Source: an uncultured Chlamydiae bacterium
GTDB taxonomy: Bacteria; Chlamydiota; Chlamydiia; Chlamydiales; JAJFMA01
Direction of reading: 5' to 3'
Length of the DNA: 64,000 nt
Assembly (NCBI GenBank): GCA_963713615.1
Contig: CAVQMM010000001.1
Coordinates: forward strand, 192,001-256,000
In this document: piece by piece, positions 60,537-64,000 of the stretch
How the letters are laid out: each line of letters begins with the position of its first letter
Numbering within the stretch: position 1 is the first letter of the stretch
Notes under the pieces: generated by a model
Databases searched by the model: none
Told to the model about the DNA's origin: nothing
The model's input: only the letters and a program-made list of their open reading frames with translations
Program-made: the position numbers and the translations under genes

Positions 60537-60637
60537 ATTCCTCTCCTCTCCCCTCTTCTCTCCTCCGGTCTCCCCCTTGCTTATAAAGGTATTTTGGAAT
60601 AGGCTTACGGTATTATTTGGATACGATTAGAGGAATT

Positions 60638-62077
60638 ATGCCTGCTGATTTCGTGATTTCACAAACACCCTTGAAGCTTTTTAATACATTAACCCGGGAC
60701 AAGCAGCCGATTGTGCCTATAGTGCCTGGGCGCATAAGCATGTACACATGTGGTCCTACGGTCTATGACTTCGCGCATATCGGCAATTTTCGCACCTATG
60801 TCTTCGAGGACATTTTAAGGCGCACCCTATCTTTCTTTGGTTATCAGGTGACTCAGGTCATGAACATCACGGATGTTGATGACAAGACTATCCGAGGAGC
60901 TATCAAGCAAGGGGTATCACTCAAAGAATATTGCAAGCCCTTTGAAACCGCGTTTTTCGAAGATTTGAAAAAGCTCAACATTCAGCCTGCTGAGCAATAT
61001 CCTGCCGCAACAGATTATGTCCCTCAGATGATTGAAATGATCCAGAAGCTCATTGATAAAGGTGTTGCTTATTCTGGTCGCGATGGCAGCGTCTATTTTG
61101 CTATTGGCAAGTTTCCCCATTATGGATGTCTATCGCACTTGAAGCTTGATGAGCTGCAGGCTGGTGCTTCGGAGCGTGTCATTGCCGACGAATACGATAA
61201 GGATAATGTTTCGGACTTTGTTTTATGGAAGGGGTATGACGCTGAGCGCGATGGGCAGATTTACTGGGAAAGTCCCTGGGGCAAGGGACGTCCAGGGTGG
61301 CACCTTGAGTGTTCCGTGATGGCAATGAGTTTGCTGGGCGACACGTTAGACATTCATTGTGGTGGTGTTGACAATATGTTTCCCCACCATGAGAATGAGA
61401 TAGCGCAGTCGGAGGCATGTTCAGGCAAGCCTTTTGTGAATGTTTGGCTGCATGCTGAGCACCTCGTTGTCGATAATAAGAAGATGTCCAAGAGCCTCGG
61501 TAACTTCTACACCTTGCGAGACCTTCTCAATCATGGCTTTACTGGGATGCAGGTGCGTTATCTTTTGATGCAGACGCATTACAAGACCAAGCTTAACTTT
61601 ACGTTTCAAGGATTAGAGGGTGCTAAGGGTGCTTTGCATCGCCTTAATGAGTTCATTCAACGTATGCATGGAATTAAGGGGACCGCATCATCGGGGCGCA
61701 GTGATGCCTTTTTGCAGGTAGCTTTGACAGACTTTACGGCTTCTTTAGGTGATGACCTGAACATCTCAGCGGCTTTGGCAGCGGTGTTTGATATGGTTAG
61801 AGAGATCAATGGGTTGGCTGACCAGGGAGGCCTCTCCGAAGATGACGCTAAGCGTATTTTAGCGATGATGGAGCGCTTTAACACTGTCTTAGGCGTTTTA
61901 GAGATGCAGTCTCAGCAACAGACCGTTCCACCAGAGCTTACGGACGCTTTAAAACAGCGTATAGAAGCCCGAGCAGCCAAAGATTGGGCAAAAGCTGACG
62001 AGCTCCGTGATTTCATTACTAGCCGCGGCTACGTCATTGAGGACACTCCACAGGGACCCGTTGTCAAAAAGGGGTAA
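60638..62077 (+). CDS. cysS: Cysteine--tRNA ligase
   Basis: CGPTVY..HIGN, GRPGWHLEC, KMSKS. Confidence 0.97.
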   Translation: MPADFVISQTPLKLFNTLTRDKQPIVPIVPGRISMYTCGPTVYDFAHIGNFRTYVFEDILRRTLSFFGYQVTQVMNITDVDDKTIRGAIKQGVSLKEYCKPFETAFFEDLKKLNIQPAEQYPAATDYVPQMIEMIQKLIDKGVAYSGRDGSVYFAIGKFPHYGCLSHLKLDELQAGASERVIADEYDKDNVSDFVLWKGYDAERDGQIYWESPWGKGRPGWHLECSVMAMSLLGDTLDIHCGGVDNMFPHHENEIAQSEACSGKPFVNVWLHAEHLVVDNKKMSKSLGNFYTLRDLLNHGFTGMQVRYLLMQTHYKTKLNFTFQGLEGAKGALHRLNEFIQRMHGIKGTASSGRSDAFLQVALTDFTASLGDDLNISAALAAVFDMVREINGLADQGGLSEDDAKRILAMMERFNTVLGVLEMQSQQQTVPPELTDALKQRIEARAAKDWAKADELRDFITSRGYVIEDTPQGPVVKKG

Positions 62078-62523
62078 CGGGGGAAGGAGAGGGAAAAGAG
62101 AGGGGAATTAGGAATTTTTTACAGAGGACACAGAGACGCCGAGAGAGGAAAGGAAGATAGGAAAGAAGGAAGGAGAGGATTTTTTGTTGGTCTTTAAAAA
62201 TCGTCCATGGTGTCCATGAAGTCCACTATGAGGTAATTGCAGAATTCTTAGCGATGCCGAAACAGGCATTAAAGCCCTCATAATTGTGTCTCGGCGCGAA
62301 GCGCTTTGGATTTGGGCGAAGTTGGCATTGCAAGAAACGTAACCCTTCTCTCTAGGGGTAACTGTGGGGGGGTGCAGCCTCCGTAGAACGGTGCGCGATT
62401 CAATAGGCTCGCCCAAATCCAAAGCGGTCGCGAGCGACACGCACTCCAAAGCGCTGCGCGCCGAGATACGATTGTGTAAAAATTCCTCTTTCCTATTCCC
62501 CTTTCTCCCCTCTCCTCCCCCCA
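62078..62523. repeat. Composite repeat: CACAGAG shell around an inverted, partly deleted copy of the 5353-5674 element
   Basis: 62230-62475 is homologous to the reverse complement of 5402-5674; one REP is lost between CGCTTTGGA repeats. Confidence 0.85.
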
Positions 62524-64000
62524 TTACCCCTTCTCTGGCTTCATCCAAGGGAAATAAAGGACATCGCGAATCGAGTGGCTATTAGTAAATAGCATCACAA
62601 GTCTATCGATTCCGATGCCTACACCAGCTGTTGGAGGCATTCCTTGGCAGATAGCTTCAAGGAACTCTTCATCCAATGGGCTGGCCTCTTCGTCGCCAGC
62701 GTCGCGGCGCTCAGCCTGTTGTTCCAACAGGTCTCTTTGCTTGATGGGATCATTGAGCTCGGAATAGGCGTTGCAGATCTCTCCACCTAAAATGAAGCTT
62801 TCGAAGCGTTCAATGATATGTTGCTCTCGCAAGGCTGGATCGCGATGTAGCTTGCAGAGAGGTGTAGTTTCTTCGGGATGATCCGTGATGTGATGGGGTT
62901 GAACCAGCTTATGCTCCACTTCGACCTCAAACAAGGCTCCAATGAGCAAGCCTCTAGATAGAGCCTTTACTTTGGCCGGATCAATATGACCGCTAGCGAT
63001 GAGGCGTTGGCGGATCTCCTCGTCGGAAAGAGTATCCACATTGGTGTTAACATAGGTTTGGAGGCTTTCCTTCATCGTCAGCCGCTTCCAGGGGGCCTTC
63101 ACATCGATGGTCACCGGTTCTTCACGGTCTGGAATATTTACCTGCAGCTGTGTGGTGCCAAATAGCTCCAACGCGATCGTCTGGTATAGGTTTTCTACGA
63201 AGTGCATCATATCATTGTAATCCCAGTAGGCCGCATAGGCCTCGATCATGGTAAATTCGGGATTATGGCTGCGGTCGATACCCTCATTGCGAAAGACCTT
63301 GCTCATTTCAAAAACGCGTTCCATGCCACCAATGATAAGCTTTTTCAGTGGGATCTCTAGAGAGATCCTGAGATACATATGCTGGTCGAGGGCATTGAGG
63401 CGTGTTTCAAAGGGCTTGGCTTGAGCACCTCCGTAGATGCCTTGAAGGACCGGTGTCTCGACTTCGAGGAAGCTTCGGTCATGCATGTAGTCGCGAATGA
63501 GCTTCAAAATGCGGCTACGCATCTTAAACGAATGGCGAATATCGGGGTTGCTGATGAGGTCCAACCAACGTTTGCGGTAGCGAAGTTCCTTATCATGTAG
63601 GCCAGCGTGCTTGTCCGGTAGGGGTAGGAGTGTTTTACTGAGCAGTGTTGTCTGTTTGACATAGAGGGTGAGTTCCCCTTTCTGCGTGCGAAAAAGGTGG
63701 CCCGAAACGCCGATGATGTCTCCAAGATCAAACTTCTTCTCGATCACCTTAAAGGGCGTTTGTGCCTCTGGTCCTGAGGGGGTGTAGCCGGTCAATTGCG
63801 TGTTATCGCGATTAAACATGACTTGGATACGCCCATCGTCGCCCTGAATTTGCGCAAAAGCATTTTGGCCCATAGCGCGGAATAGGACGAGACGTCCGGC
63901 GATGACTGCGGTATCTGTCGTGTCGGCAGCACCATCTTCACTGGTGCCGACTGGTTGGTCGTGGTACTTGTCATGCAGTTGCTGAGGAGAGTGAGATGGA
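62524..64000 (-). CDS. lysS: Lysine--tRNA ligase (5' end beyond the window)
   Basis: YLRISLE, FRNEG..HNPEFT, GMPPTAGVGIGIDRL; frame stays open to 64000. Confidence 0.97.
   Translation of the reverse strand, partial: PSHSPQQLHDKYHDQPVGTSEDGAADTTDTAVIAGRLVLFRAMGQNAFAQIQGDDGRIQVMFNRDNTQLTGYTPSGPEAQTPFKVIEKKFDLGDIIGVSGHLFRTQKGELTLYVKQTTLLSKTLLPLPDKHAGLHDKELRYRKRWLDLISNPDIRHSFKMRSRILKLIRDYMHDRSFLEVETPVLQGIYGGAQAKPFETRLNALDQHMYLRISLEIPLKKLIIGGMERVFEMSKVFRNEGIDRSHNPEFTMIEAYAAYWDYNDMMHFVENLYQTIALELFGTTQLQVNIPDREEPVTIDVKAPWKRLTMKESLQTYVNTNVDTLSDEEIRQRLIASGHIDPAKVKALSRGLLIGALFEVEVEHKLVQPHHITDHPEETTPLCKLHRDPALREQHIIERFESFILGGEICNAYSELNDPIKQRDLLEQQAERRDAGDEEASPLDEEFLEAICQGMPPTAGVGIGIDRLVMLFTNSHSIRDVLYFPWMKPEKG

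Noticed and set aside
63792..64000. Apparent truncation or frameshift of lysS
   Set aside because: The lysS frame is open to the window edge; the ORF caller used an internal Met

Overview
This is a bacterial chromosome segment, almost certainly from an environmental member of the Chlamydiae. Support: CT250-like DnaA1, hrcA-grpE-dnaK with a CIRCE, dacA-ybbR, convergent cysS/lysS near aas, plus citrate synthase and a cytochrome bo3 operon that Chlamydiaceae lack. Coding content is mostly housekeeping and metabolic (mdh, gltA, galE, Fe-S genes, cyoABCDE, cydAB, folP, ade, recQ, rsmE), with some accessory or effector-like genes. The unusual part is non-coding. (1) Most large intergenic spacers hold modular, nested 'Russian-doll' palindromes built from several repeat families: REP-like hairpins and 8-10 bp periodic arms. 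Between copies these modules are gained, lost and flipped. (2) An intact IS110 element (12055-13820) is inserted at a 2-bp core inside one of these repeats. Its upstream non-coding end reads as a bridge RNA whose guide loops match the repeat target and the element's own circle junction, and a -35/-10 promoter forms only on circularisation. Four empty target sites lie in the window. (3) A 160-bp MITE with 8-bp target duplications occurs three times, once as an in-frame 56-codon insert in a glycosyltransferase gene that is now frameshifted. All analysis was done by eye; no searches or folding programs were run.
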